A DNA stretch of 62,977 nt, counting the filler. It is 4 parts of 4 records of this genome, joined end to end, with 100 filler letters (N's around TTAATTAATTAA, not from the genome) between each part and the next. Parts side by side here need not be neighbours in the genome. Positions count along the whole stretch, not along the records: positions 19,803 to 47,668 come from DRR723986_1724; positions 47,769 to 57,544 come from DRR723986_1742; positions 57,645 to 62,977 come from DRR723986_1745; 1 more part is not named here. One strand, given 5' to 3'. The notes beneath the pieces are model-generated. The model saw nothing but the letters and a program-made list of their open reading frames with translations. It was not told the DNA's origin and ran no database searches. Made by a program: the position numbers and the translations under genes. This document shows, piece by piece, positions 47,327 to 57,858 of the stretch; the stretch's first letter is position 1; every line of letters starts with the position of its first letter.

Positions 47327-47668
47327 ATGGAACCATTTGTAAAGCACGAAGGGCTCGTCGCACCGCTTGATCGAGCCAATGTTGATACCGACCAAATCAT
47401 CCCGAAGCAATTCTTGAAGCGAATCGAACGCACCGGATTTGGTGAATACCTGTTCTTCGACTGGAGATTCCTCGATGACGGTTCGCCCAACCCTGAATTT
47501 GAATTGAATCAACCCTCTGTTTCCGGCAGTTCCATTCTGCTGGCACGTCGCAACTTTGGCTGCGGCTCCAGCCGTGAACACGCCGTATGGGCACTGGATG
47601 ATTATGGATTCAAGGTAGTGCTAGCTCCTTCGTTCGCGGACATCTTCTTCAACAACTGTTTCAAGAAC
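47327..47668 (+). CDS. leuD: 3-isopropylmalate dehydratase small subunit (truncated by contig end)
   Basis: [24 protein letters not shown]. Confidence 0.97.
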
Positions 47669-47768
47669 NNNNNNNNNNNNNNNNNNNNNNNNNNNNNNNN
47701 NNNNNNNNNNNNTTAATTAATTAANNNNNNNNNNNNNNNNNNNNNNNNNNNNNNNNNNNNNNNNNNNN
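47669..47768. other. Artificial contig spacer
   Basis: N44-TTAATTAATTAA-N44. Confidence 0.99.
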
Positions 47769-48204
<436 letters not shown>

Positions 48205-48528
48205 GCGATTTTCCAAGGCAGGCGTGCCCTGCCTTGGAGCCCCCATTGGTTGCATGGCCACCGTACGCTGGCCTCACCATTCCTTCACCCTGCCCGCCTA
48301 CAACCCACCCCGTCGCGACATCGCTGCGGGCTGACATTCCGTGGCACATTCGGAAAACGAGGTCTGCCTTACAGGCAGGCCGCACTGAACCGTTCAGGGT
48401 GCAGGGTGACACCTGTCTCACATCTCCGATCCGGCGGCGCCGCCATATCTTAACGGCCGAGCAGTTTCATCGAGTATCAAGCTATCCACAAACCGCGCAG
48501 GCGCTGCCTGCCGCGGGGCAATGTGCTA

Positions 48529-49134
48529 TCACCACATGGTGTCCTTGGCCCGCGCGCCCCATGCGGCGTCATAGGGCGCACCGCCCTCTTCTCCGCTGGT
48601 CATCTCGGCCAGAATTTCGCCAACGGTGGGCAAGCCGATGCTTTCGTCCACGCCGGCCCATGTGCCCGCCCGCATCAGGGCGCGGGCGCATTGGGTGTAG
48701 ACCTCCGCGATCTGGATCACGATCACAGAGGCAGGCTGGCGGCCTTTCTTTTCAAACCGCGCGCGCAGGTCTGTATCATCGGTCAGATAGGCAGTGCCGT
48801 TGACCCGCACCACGTTGTTGGAGCCTGGCACCACAAACATCAGCGACACGCGGCCATCCGTCACGATATTGCGCAGCGAATCCAAGCGGTTGTTGCCGCG
48901 CCAGTCGGGCATGGCCAGTGTGAATTCGTCCAGTTCCGTCACCACGGGGCCATCATCCCCGCGCGGACTGGCGTCCGTACCCTCGGTCCCGACGGTGCTG
49001 AGAACACACAGCTTTGAGGCCATGATCCACTTGCGATAAAGCGGCGTCAGCCGGTCCGCGACCTTGCGCAGCGACGGTGCGCCTGCCTGCCCATAGAGCA
49101 CCTCAAGCGCCGCGATGTCGGTGATCTTATGCAT
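48529..49134 (-). CDS. Pyridoxamine 5'-phosphate oxidase-like FMN-binding protein
   Basis: DASPRGD, PDWRGNNRLDSLRNI, QCARAL. Confidence 0.88.
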   Translation of the reverse strand: MHKITDIAALEVLYGQAGAPSLRKVADRLTPLYRKWIMASKLCVLSTVGTEGTDASPRGDDGPVVTELDEFTLAMPDWRGNNRLDSLRNIVTDGRVSLMFVVPGSNNVVRVNGTAYLTDDTDLRARFEKKGRQPASVIVIQIAEVYTQCARALMRAGTWAGVDESIGLPTVGEILAEMTSGEEGGAPYDAAWGARAKDTMW

Positions 49135-49855
49135 CCGGCCTTCTCCACCCGGCTTCAAGCAGCAGATCTTCCGAGGCCCGTTCAACCCGTGTTTCCAGCT
49201 CGGCCATAAAGGCCTCCTTCGTCAGGCCCGCCTCAATCGGTGTCAAAAACTCAACCACGGCCACTCCTGGGCGCCGATAAAGCCCCCGGCGCGGCCAGAA
49301 GTAACCGGCATTGGTGGCCACCGGCACGCAGGGCTGGCCCAACTGGCCATAAAGCACGGCAGTGCCGACCTTATAGGGGATATGCGCCCCCGGCGCGACA
49401 CGGGTGCCTTGGGAATAGATCACCAATTGCCCGCCTTCCATGCGGCCCGCGTTCACATCCTCGATCATCTTGGCGATGGCCTTGCCGCGTTTGCCGCGAT
49501 CCACCGCGATCATCTCCATCCGTTTGGTGTATTGGCCGATGACGGGGGTCCAGTGGATCTCGCGTTTCATGATGAACTTGGCCCGTGGCAGCGCGTGAAA
49601 GATCATGATGATGTCCAGAAACGACTGGTGTTTGGCCGCAACCAGAACCTCGCCCTGCGGCACCTCGCCGCGCACTTCGCTGCGCAAGCCGATCAGCCAG
49701 CGGGCCGACCACATCGCATAGGCCGCATAGGTTTTACAGGCCTTATAGGCCCCCGCCTTGGAAAACATCGCCCAGGGGGCAAAGGCCAGCCCGATGATCG
49801 GCATCGCGATGGTGACCTGAATGATATAGATGATCGAACGCACCCATTGCAGCAT
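49127..49855 (-). CDS. 1-acyl-sn-glycerol-3-phosphate acyltransferase family
   Basis: KHQSFLD (HX4D), VDR, QGTR, VPVA. Confidence 0.9.
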   Translation of the reverse strand: MLQWVRSIIYIIQVTIAMPIIGLAFAPWAMFSKAGAYKACKTYAAYAMWSARWLIGLRSEVRGEVPQGEVLVAAKHQSFLDIIMIFHALPRAKFIMKREIHWTPVIGQYTKRMEMIAVDRGKRGKAIAKMIEDVNAGRMEGGQLVIYSQGTRVAPGAHIPYKVGTAVLYGQLGQPCVPVATNAGYFWPRRGLYRRPGVAVVEFLTPIEAGLTKEAFMAELETRVERASEDLLLEAGWRRPDA

Positions 49856-50760
49856 TATGCCAACTCCCTCAATGTCCGCCGCGCGGCTGCGCCTGTCGCG
49901 GCAAAGGCCACGGCCCCGGCCAGCACCGGAATGAGCAGCGGAAAGATCCAGTGAACGCCCTGATAGCCAAGCCCTGTCAGGAACCCCGGTGCGTCAGAGG
50001 CATCGGGCATCAGCACCATCGCAATCAGCCCGGCGCCCGTGCCAACCGCCGCGCCGGAGAGAGCCCGAAGGGTAAAGCGGCGGATGAAGGCCTGCGCGAT
50101 GTAATCGTCTGTCGCACCGACAAGGCGCAGCACCGCGATCACCTGTGCATTGGCGGCCAGTGCGGCCTGCGCGGCAAGGGTGATCATTGCTGCCACCGCC
50201 GCCGCGATCAACAAGGTCGAGATCCAGCCCAGCATCCGCAGCCGTCCGGCTGCGTCAATCAGCGGCTTGCGCCAACGGCTGTGATCGTCCAGCACCGCGC
50301 CCGGCACTTCGGCGGCCAAACGCAGGCGCAGCCCGGCGGCATCCATGCCTTCGTCGTTTTCGATCACTTCGATCAGGCGCGGCACCGGCAATGTGTCCAG
50401 CGCCAGATCGGGGCCAAACCACGGCTCCAACAAAGCTTGCTGATCGGCATCCGTCAGGGCGCGGGCGCTGGCCACACCCTTGGTGGTTTCCAGAATGCGC
50501 AGGGCGGCATCGGTCTGGGCCTGCCGCTGATCCAGTGGCGCAACAATGCGCAGGGTCGCGGAGCGGGCCAGCTCATCGCCCCAGCGGTCCGCCAAACGCC
50601 CCGCCGCAAGGGACAGTGCCAGCGCAAAAACCGCCAGAAACGCCATCGCCGCCGCCGCAAACAGGGTCAGCTGCGCGGTAAAGCCCGAAGGCGGGACAAC
50701 GCGGTCCGCTTGCCGGTCACCCGCGATCAACCCGCGCAGATATTTTATGTTGGCGATCAT
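49855..50760 (-). CDS. ftsX: Cell division permease FtsX
   Basis: LLEPWFG..LPVPRLI, LRLVGATD; 4 TM; follows ftsE. Confidence 0.92.
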   Translation of the reverse strand: MIANIKYLRGLIAGDRQADRVVPPSGFTAQLTLFAAAAMAFLAVFALALSLAAGRLADRWGDELARSATLRIVAPLDQRQAQTDAALRILETTKGVASARALTDADQQALLEPWFGPDLALDTLPVPRLIEVIENDEGMDAAGLRLRLAAEVPGAVLDDHSRWRKPLIDAAGRLRMLGWISTLLIAAAVAAMITLAAQAALAANAQVIAVLRLVGATDDYIAQAFIRRFTLRALSGAAVGTGAGLIAMVLMPDASDAPGFLTGLGYQGVHWIFPLLIPVLAGAVAFAATGAAARRTLRELA

Positions 50761-51434
50761 AGGTCCGCTCCCGCCAGTTGCACGCGGCGGTTGGCAATGC
50801 GCAGCACCCGCGCCTGAACATGTGCCTTGGTGGCACGGATCAGGCTCAGATCATGGGTGGCAATCAGCACGGTCTTGCCCATCTTGTTCAGCTCGATCAA
50901 CAGCCGCAAAAGCCGTTGCGACATCTCCCAGTCGATATTGCCCGTAGGTTCATCCGCCAGCACCACATCCGGCGACATGATGACCGCGCGCGCCAATGCG
51001 GCGCGTTGGCGTTCACCGCCCGACAATTCCGGCGGCAGGGCATCGGCGCGGTTGGTCAACCCCACCCAGGACAGCAGTTCATCCAGATCGCCGTTGGCCG
51101 CCTCTGCATGACGCCCCGACACCGTCAGCGGCAGACAGACGTTTTCCGAAACGCCCAGATGATCGAGAAATTTGACATCCTGATGCACCACCCCGACCCG
51201 GCGGCGGATCTGCGCGATGTCATCACGATCCAGCCCGCGCACATCCGCGCCAAACAGACGGACATGCCCCGCCGTAGGCAACAAGGCACCGTAGCACAGC
51301 TTCATCAATGTGGTTTTGCCAGCCCCCGATGGGCCGGTCAGAAAATGAAAGGAACCTGGTGCCAGCTTGAGCGATATGTCGGATAACAATTCGCCGCCGC
51401 CATAGCTGTAGGCCACGTTTTCGAGCTCGATCAC
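50757..51434 (-). CDS. ftsE: Cell division ATP-binding protein FtsE
   Basis: GPSGAGKT, LSGGERQR, LADEPTGN. Confidence 0.93.
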   Translation of the reverse strand: MIELENVAYSYGGGELLSDISLKLAPGSFHFLTGPSGAGKTTLMKLCYGALLPTAGHVRLFGADVRGLDRDDIAQIRRRVGVVHQDVKFLDHLGVSENVCLPLTVSGRHAEAANGDLDELLSWVGLTNRADALPPELSGGERQRAALARAVIMSPDVVLADEPTGNIDWEMSQRLLRLLIELNKMGKTVLIATHDLSLIRATKAHVQARVLRIANRRVQLAGADL

Positions 51435-51599
51435 GAAAATACCCCGTTATAATTGACCTGTTGTGCCTCAGCATCGCTTGGGTTTCAATGCACCACTTCG
51501 GACCAAACCGGCCCAGATTGCACTTTTCCTGTGGGAATCTTGGACATATGGTGCAGGTGTTATACTAAATCTGGTTTGAGTAATGTTGCAGGAAACAAA

Positions 51600-52460
51600 A
51601 TGAGGCTGACCTGTCCGAATTGTGACGCGCAGTATGAAGTACCGGACGAGGTCGTTCCGGTGGCCGGACGCGATGTGCAATGTTCCAATTGCGGTCAGAC
51701 CTGGTTTCAGCATCACCCCGATCACCCCCCTGCCGATGAGGACGAAACCGACCTTGGTCTGGGCAATAGCGCCCCCGACGAGGATGAAGAGGTCGCGCCC
51801 CCTCCACCGCCGCCGCCACCTGCCGTAGAAGAGCCGCAGCGCCGCCAGCTTGATCCGGCTGTGGCCGACATCCTGCGCCAAGAGGCCGAGGCCGAACATG
51901 CGGCCCGCCAAGCGCGGCAGGCACAGGCGCTGGAAACCCAGCCCGATCTGGGGCTGGACACCGGCAACGATCCTGCGCCACACGGCTATGATGACGATGA
52001 TGCCCCCGCCGCAGCACAGGACCAGCGTGCGCTTGAGGCCAAGCGCCGGATGGCGCGGATGCGCGGCGAGGCAGAACCGGTGTCCGAAGCCGCGGCCAAT
52101 GCGGCGGCACTTTCCTCGCGGCGTGAATTGCTGCCCGATATCGACGAAATCAATTCCACCCTGCGCAGTGACAGTGACCGCAGTGCCGGAAGCCGGGATG
52201 CCCATGGCAGCCATGCCCCGCAAGAGGTGAAAAAGCGCAAACGCGGGTTCCGCCGCGGGTTTGCGCTGATGATCCTGATCGTGTCCGTGATGGCGCTGGT
52301 CTATATCTTTGCACCGCAGATCGCGCAGCAATTGCCACAAGCCGATCCCTATCTGTCATCATATGTGACCTGGGTGGATGGGTTGCGGGCGATGCTGGAT
52401 GTGCAATTGCAACGCTTGCTGACATGGCTCGACACAATGGCGAGCCAGTCGGCCTCCTGA
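51600..52460 (+). CDS. MJ0042-type zinc-ribbon membrane protein (ZitP-like)
   Basis: CPNC...VQCSNC..TW, acidic/Pro linker, C-terminal TM; divergent from ftsE. Confidence 0.85.
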   Translation: MRLTCPNCDAQYEVPDEVVPVAGRDVQCSNCGQTWFQHHPDHPPADEDETDLGLGNSAPDEDEEVAPPPPPPPPAVEEPQRRQLDPAVADILRQEAEAEHAARQARQAQALETQPDLGLDTGNDPAPHGYDDDDAPAAAQDQRALEAKRRMARMRGEAEPVSEAAANAAALSSRRELLPDIDEINSTLRSDSDRSAGSRDAHGSHAPQEVKKRKRGFRRGFALMILIVSVMALVYIFAPQIAQQLPQADPYLSSYVTWVDGLRAMLDVQLQRLLTWLDTMASQSAS

Positions 52461-52479
52461 TCACAACGCCGATCTTACG

Positions 52480-55113
52480 TTAAAACCGTTCCAGCAAGCG
52501 GTTGAGATAGTCGCGTTCCAGTTCGGGGCGCTCTGTCTGCCCGGAGCGGCGGCGGATTTCATCCAGCAAACGGCGAGCACGGTCCGCGCCGTCCGGCCCC
52601 TGTGCCAGCGGCCCATCCGAACTGTTGGCGCCATTGCCAGCCTGTTCGCGGCCCAGTGGATCCCTGTTGTCGGCGCGGCGATCCGACTCCGTTGCGCCCT
52701 GGCCCGGCTGGCGGTTTTGTTCGTTCTGGGCCATTGCCTCACCCAATGATCGCATGCTTTCGCGCAGCGCTTCCATGGCTTGCGCCTGATTGTCGATGGC
52801 CTCGGCCAGATCGCCATCGCGCAGTGCCTCTTCGGCCTGATCCATCGCACGGCCCGCACGGTCCAGCGCCTCGCGGGCGGCCTCGCCCTCTTCGGTGCCG
52901 CCTCCGGGCAACCGGCCCTGCTGGCGGCGCAGCTCATCGCGCAATGCCTGCTGGCGTTCGGCCAGACTACGCTCGCCGTTCCCATCACCCTCGCGCGGGG
53001 CGCCCTCTTCGCCGCCCTCGCCGTTCTGGCCTTGCTGCTCCCCCTGGCCCTGACCGCGCCCGCCCTGGCCTTCATGGCTCTGGCCGCGCCCCTGACCGCC
53101 ATTGCGACCCTCGTTGCCATCGCTTTCGCCCGCCTGTGCGCCGGGGTTGTATTGTTCCTGCAAATCGCGGAACGCCTGATCGCTCAGCCCCTGCTGTTCG
53201 CGCAACGTATCGGCCAGCCCTTCCATCGCCTGCTCACCGGGGGTCTGGCCTTGCTGACCCTGCTGCCCTTCGGTGACACGCATGTTTTCCATCAGTTCCT
53301 GCAATTCTTTCAGCGCTTCGGCGGCCTCGGCCATGCGGCCTTCTTCCATCAGCTCCTGAATACGATCCATCATGGCTTGCAGATCGTCCTGGGTCATCTG
53401 CATGCCCTCGCCCTGCTGCTGTTGCTGCCCCTCCGGCCCGCCCTCTTCTTGCTCCTGCGCCTGCTGGCGCTGCAATTGCTGCAAATAGTCTTCGGTCGCG
53501 CGGCGCAGCTCGTCCATCAGCTCGGCAATCTCTTCGTCCGAGGCACCGTTTTTCATCGCCTCGTTCAAGCGGTCCTGCGCCCGGCGCATCCGGTCCAGCG
53601 CATCGGCCAACACGCCCTCTTCCAGCTCAAGCGCCAAGCCCCAGAGATCTTCGGCAATCTCGCTTTGCACCTCGTCCGACAGGCCATAGCTGGCGTGAAC
53701 TTCCAGCTGCCGCACCACCCGGCGGAGCCGCAACGCAGAGACCTCGGTGCGGAACACATCATCGGGGCGGTAAGACACCGCGCGCAGCACCTGCGCAATG
53801 CGCGGCCCGTTGGATTTGGACCACAGCAAATCGCGCCGCATCTCGATCACCGCCGCCGCCGCCGGAGCAAAGAACCGCCGTCCGGGCAGGATCATGTCCT
53901 GTGGCACCGTTTGTCCCGATTGCTCGGCCGCGTCCAGAACGCTGAGCGTCAGTTTGATCGGCAGATTGGCCCAAGGATGCTTGGAGAAATTGTCGATCAG
54001 GTTCTCTTCGAACTGCGCCCGATTGCCAGAGATCGGCGTTGGCAGGGGCACGATCACCTCTGGGCGCGGATCGGGGTTCGCGGCCAGACCATAGCGCCGG
54101 TCCACAGCGGCCAAATCAAGGATAATGCGCGCCTCGCCCGCCTCGACGCCATAATCATCCTGCGCGGCAAAAGGCAAACGCATCTCGCCCAGTGCCGACA
54201 CTTGCGGATCGCCGATCACCTCCACCTCCGGTGCGCTGTCGGGGCGCATAGCCACTTGCCAACTGCGCCCGCCGGGGCCGTCGATGACAATCTCGCCGTC
54301 CTGCAAAACCGTGAAATCCTGTGCAACTTGCGTTGCGACGTCTTGTTGTGGTCCGTCAGGGGCCACGCGGCCCGAGACCGTTTCGGCGACCTGCAATGCC
54401 CCCACATCGCCGTAAAGGCGCAATGTGATCAGCGTGCCCATCGGCAATTCCAGCGCCCCGGCGTCCAGATCATTGAGGTAGAGCGTCGGCTTGCCGGTAT
54501 AGCGCGGCGGCTCTGCCCAGCCTTCCCAGACCGGGCCTCCCGCCAGATCACCCCCGCCCGGCGCCATATCCGCAACCGACGCGACCCGCAGGAACGAGCC
54601 GAACACCAGTGCCACCACAAATGCCAGAAGCGCGGCATAGCGCAGTGCATAAGGATCACGCGATGCGATCCGCAGGTCCGCTGGCACGGGTTTGGCCGCT
54701 TCGGTGCGGGCTGCCATCCGCGCCTTATGCGCCCGCCACAGCGCCATCGCCGCGTCATCCTGTGTGCCGATGGCCGCATCGTCCAGCATCGCCTGAATGG
54801 GCCGGCCCGGCAGGCTTTGATCCAGCCGCGCCATGGCGTCCGCCGCCGCCGGGAACCGCAGCCCCCAGACCCCGCGCAGCGCCGCACCCAAAGCGGCCAC
54901 TGCCAGTGCGGCACCCACACCCCAGACCATCTCAACCGGGGCAATGTCTTGCAGGCCCAGCATCAGCGCAGCCAGACCCAGCAGAACAATACTGATCAAT
55001 GGCCAGAACCGCCGCAGCAAAACCTCGGCCACCATCCCCGCCCGTGTCAGGCGCAAAGGCCAGCGCAAACGCGCCAGCGCCCGGCGTTGTTCATTGGGGG
55101 TGAATGTGGCCAT
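52480..55113 (-). CDS. TIGR02302 / DUF4175 family protein
   Basis: DPYALR, W..PP.YTGKP, HPWA, RDPLGR, ERDYL.RLL; synteny with lysA. Confidence 0.9.
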   Translation of the reverse strand: MATFTPNEQRRALARLRWPLRLTRAGMVAEVLLRRFWPLISIVLLGLAALMLGLQDIAPVEMVWGVGAALAVAALGAALRGVWGLRFPAAADAMARLDQSLPGRPIQAMLDDAAIGTQDDAAMALWRAHKARMAARTEAAKPVPADLRIASRDPYALRYAALLAFVVALVFGSFLRVASVADMAPGGGDLAGGPVWEGWAEPPRYTGKPTLYLNDLDAGALELPMGTLITLRLYGDVGALQVAETVSGRVAPDGPQQDVATQVAQDFTVLQDGEIVIDGPGGRSWQVAMRPDSAPEVEVIGDPQVSALGEMRLPFAAQDDYGVEAGEARIILDLAAVDRRYGLAANPDPRPEVIVPLPTPISGNRAQFEENLIDNFSKHPWANLPIKLTLSVLDAAEQSGQTVPQDMILPGRRFFAPAAAAVIEMRRDLLWSKSNGPRIAQVLRAVSYRPDDVFRTEVSALRLRRVVRQLEVHASYGLSDEVQSEIAEDLWGLALELEEGVLADALDRMRRAQDRLNEAMKNGASDEEIAELMDELRRATEDYLQQLQRQQAQEQEEGGPEGQQQQQGEGMQMTQDDLQAMMDRIQELMEEGRMAEAAEALKELQELMENMRVTEGQQGQQGQTPGEQAMEGLADTLREQQGLSDQAFRDLQEQYNPGAQAGESDGNEGRNGGQGRGQSHEGQGGRGQGQGEQQGQNGEGGEEGAPREGDGNGERSLAERQQALRDELRRQQGRLPGGGTEEGEAAREALDRAGRAMDQAEEALRDGDLAEAIDNQAQAMEALRESMRSLGEAMAQNEQNRQPGQGATESDRRADNRDPLGREQAGNGANSSDGPLAQGPDGADRARRLLDEIRRRSGQTERPELERDYLNRLLERF

Positions 55114-55151
55114 GGCAAACCTTTCCAAAAGGCCGTGTCAGCAAGATGCCG

Positions 55152-56417
55152 TCAAAGCCATTCAGGAATGGTATCGCGATTTATCATTTCGTCAAAGGTC
55201 GGCCGAGCGCGGATAACCGCGAATTGATCGCCATGCACCAGAACTTCGGGGATCATGGGGCGCGAATTGTATTCACTGGCCATCACTGCGCCATATGCGC
55301 CTGCACTGCGAAAGGCGACAAGATCCCCTGCTTGCAGGGGCGGCATCGGGCGCTGTTTGGCAAATGTATCGCCGGATTCGCAAACCGGCCCGACAATATC
55401 AATCGGCTGCGGCTCAACCCCGACGGCAGGTTCAATGACCGGCACGATGTCGTGATGGGCCTCGTACATCGCCGGGCGGATCAGATCGTTCATCGCCCCG
55501 TCAATGATCAGAAAATCGCGGCCCTCGCCGGATTTCACATAGATCACCTCACTGACCATCAGCCCCGCGTTGCCGGCGATCAAACGCCCCGGCTCAATCT
55601 CGATCTCGCAGCCCAGACGGCCCAGCACCCGCTTGACCATCGCGCCATAGTCGGAGGGCAACGGCGGGTCGGCGTTGCTGCGCTCATAAGGAATGCCAAG
55701 GCCGCCGCCCAGATCCAGCCGCCGGATGGTGTGACCATCCGCCCGCAGTGTCTCGGTCAGTTCCGCCACCTTCAGATAGGCCTGCTCATAAGGCGCAAGA
55801 TCGGTCAGCTGGCTGCCGATATGCACGTCGATACCGACAATCTCCAACCCCGGCAGGGCGGCGGCCATCGCGTAGACCTCGCGCGCACGGGCGATGGGAA
55901 TGCCGAATTTGTTCTCGGATTTGCCGGTGGCAATCTTGGCGTGGGTCTTGGCATCCACATCGGGGTTCACCCGAATGGTGATCGGGGCAGTGACGCCCAT
56001 CTCATCCGCCACCGTGCTCAGCACGGCCATCTCCGGCTCGCTTTCCACGTTGAACTGGCGAATGCCCCCTGTGAGGGCCAGCGCGATCTCCTCGCGGGTT
56101 TTGCCAACGCCGGAGAACACGATCTTGTCGCCCGGCACACCAGCGGCCCGTGCCCGGCGGTATTCGCCGCCCGACACCACATCCATGCCCGCCCCGGCCT
56201 GCGCCAAAGTCTTGAGAACTGCCTGATTGGAATTGGCCTTCATCGCATAACAGACCAGATGCTCCGTCCCCTCCAGCGCCTCGTCAAACAGACGGAAATG
56301 CCGCTGCAACGTCGCTGTCGAATAGACATAAAACGGGGTGCCGACCGCCGCTGCGATCTCTGAGATAGGCACATCTTCTGCGTAAAGCGCGCCGTCACGA
56401 TAAAGAAAGTGATCCAT
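55152..56417 (-). CDS. lysA: Diaminopimelate decarboxylase
   Basis: YAMKAN, DVVSGGE, HIGSQ, EPGR, CESGD, GAYG. Confidence 0.97.
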   Translation of the reverse strand: MDHFLYRDGALYAEDVPISEIAAAVGTPFYVYSTATLQRHFRLFDEALEGTEHLVCYAMKANSNQAVLKTLAQAGAGMDVVSGGEYRRARAAGVPGDKIVFSGVGKTREEIALALTGGIRQFNVESEPEMAVLSTVADEMGVTAPITIRVNPDVDAKTHAKIATGKSENKFGIPIARAREVYAMAAALPGLEIVGIDVHIGSQLTDLAPYEQAYLKVAELTETLRADGHTIRRLDLGGGLGIPYERSNADPPLPSDYGAMVKRVLGRLGCEIEIEPGRLIAGNAGLMVSEVIYVKSGEGRDFLIIDGAMNDLIRPAMYEAHHDIVPVIEPAVGVEPQPIDIVGPVCESGDTFAKQRPMPPLQAGDLVAFRSAGAYGAVMASEYNSRPMIPEVLVHGDQFAVIRARPTFDEMINRDTIPEWL

Positions 56418-56458
56418 GTTCTTTCTGGCCCTAAATATTCCCGCCGGAGGCTCCCCGG

Positions 56459-56776
56459 CTATCTGATGGGCGCTGACCGCAGAAATAGATAAAGCGGCAG
56501 CCCACAGCTTACTCCAATACAGAAGGTTGCAGGAATGGCAATCAGCGCGGTCCAGTTTCGCCGCACTGCAACCTCGGCGATGATCCAGACCGTCAGGGCA
56601 ACGGCGGCAATGGTCAGATCCCAAACCAGCCCGCTGCTGGCGGCATTGGCGTGCCAGGCGTCAACCATCGCCGCGAGGTCAAAACCGTTCTGCCCGAACC
56701 AGCGCAGGAAGTAATACATCGGATGCACCGCACCCCAGACCGCCAAGGCCAGATAGATGAGGCGCAGCATGGACAT
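56459..56776 (-). CDS. DUF2834-like small membrane protein
   Basis: Three TM segments, WDL, GVSCGLPLYLFLR. Confidence 0.8.
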   Translation of the reverse strand: MSMLRLIYLALAVWGAVHPMYYFLRWFGQNGFDLAAMVDAWHANAASSGLVWDLTIAAVALTVWIIAEVAVRRNWTALIAIPATFCIGVSCGLPLYLFLRSAPIR

Positions 56777-56777
56777 C

Positions 56778-56951
56778 TCAGAAGGTCTTGACCACACCGA
56801 CGTTCACATGGCCGCTCACATGAATGCCCGGTGTCGTGTTTGTCGGTTTTTGGCGGGTGTCGGCATATCCGGCCCGGTCATCTTTGGGATCAGGCGGACC
56901 GCAGGCGACCAGCAAGGTCAGCATGCCCACAAGGGCGGTATGGCGGATCAT
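56778..56951 (-). CDS. Small lipoprotein (57 aa)
   Basis: Below cutoff; [17 protein letters not shown]...GIHVSGHVNVGVVKTF; ATGA overlap. Confidence 0.72.
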   Translation of the reverse strand: MIRHTALVGMLTLLVACGPPDPKDDRAGYADTRQKPTNTTPGIHVSGHVNVGVVKTF

Positions 56952-57124
56952 GTCATCCGCCCCGATGGAGCAGGCAGGCTGATGGGTTCGATACCGGCCA
57001 GCGATGCAAATACCGTGCCACCAGCATTCGGGTTTGTCATATTGGAGGCAGGCCGGACCGGTTCACCATCCGCGCCGCAGCTTGCAAGCGCGGTCAGTGC
57101 CAACAGTCCGATGAGCCGTTTCAT
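56948..57124 (-). CDS. Small lipoprotein (58 aa) downstream of argH
   Basis: Below cutoff; [29 protein letters not shown] overlap with argH stop. Confidence 0.78.
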   Translation of the reverse strand: MKRLIGLLALTALASCGADGEPVRPASNMTNPNAGGTVFASLAGIEPISLPAPSGRMT

Positions 57125-57544
57125 GACAGGATGTCCTTCCAGCGTTTGATCTGCATCCGCACCTGCGCGGGCGCGGTGCCACCATAAGACATACGCGAGT
57201 TCACCGAATTTTCCACACCCAGCACATCAAAAACATCTGCGTTGATCTCGGCATGGACGCTTTGCATCTGCTCCAGCGTCAGATCCGGCAGGTCGCAGCC
57301 TTGGCTTTCGGCCATGGCGACCAGCGATCCGGTGATGTGGTGCGCATCGCGGAACGGCAAGCCCAGCACCCGCACCAGCCAATCGGCCAGATCGGTCGCA
57401 GTAGAGAAGCCGCTGCCCGCGGCGGCGGCGAGGTTTTCGCGCTGGCCATTCATGTCGCGCACCATGCCTTCCATCGCGGCCAATGCCAGCATCAGGTTGT
57501 CAGCGGCGTCAAACACCTGTTCCTTGTCTTCCTGCATGTCCTTG
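57121..57544 (-). CDS. argH: Argininosuccinate lyase, C-terminal part
   Basis: [31 protein letters not shown]. Confidence 0.95.
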
Positions 57545-57644
57545 NNNNNNNNNNNNNNNNNNNNNNNNNNNNNNNNNNNNNNNNNNNNTTAATTAATTAA
57601 NNNNNNNNNNNNNNNNNNNNNNNNNNNNNNNNNNNNNNNNNNNN
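57545..57644. other. Artificial contig spacer
   Basis: N44-TTAATTAATTAA-N44. Confidence 0.99.
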
Positions 57645-57771
57645 CAAGATCATGCGCCGTATCCTGCGCAAGATCGCCGAAGACAGCTTCGACAGCCTGG
57701 GCGACACCTCGACCCTGGCCGATCCGACCGTCGTCGACGACCTGATCGATAACCGCCAGAACCGCGGCTGA
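57645..57771 (+). CDS. acs: Acetyl-CoA synthetase, last 41 codons
   Basis: [33 protein letters not shown]. Confidence 0.9.
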
Positions 57772-57797
57772 CCGGCGCACTCCGGACCAAGAAACGC

Positions 57798-57826
57798 AAA
57801 AAGGCTCGCCACCCGGCGAGCCTTTT
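57798..57826. terminator. Bidirectional intrinsic terminator
   Basis: AAAAGGCTCGCC-ACCC-GGCGAGCCTTTT. Confidence 0.85.
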
Positions 57827-57858
57827 CAGTTTGGTTGACCCGTCTCGAAAAGCTTCGA

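Noticed and set aside
52930-53470. Repeat array in TIGR02302 gene
   Set aside because: Gln/Gly/Glu low-complexity coding sequence; no spacer structure
52780-55227. 815-aa plus-strand ORF (and similar 55104-56363, 18318-19502, 14403-15350)
   Set aside because: Antisense shadows of real high-GC genes with no motifs
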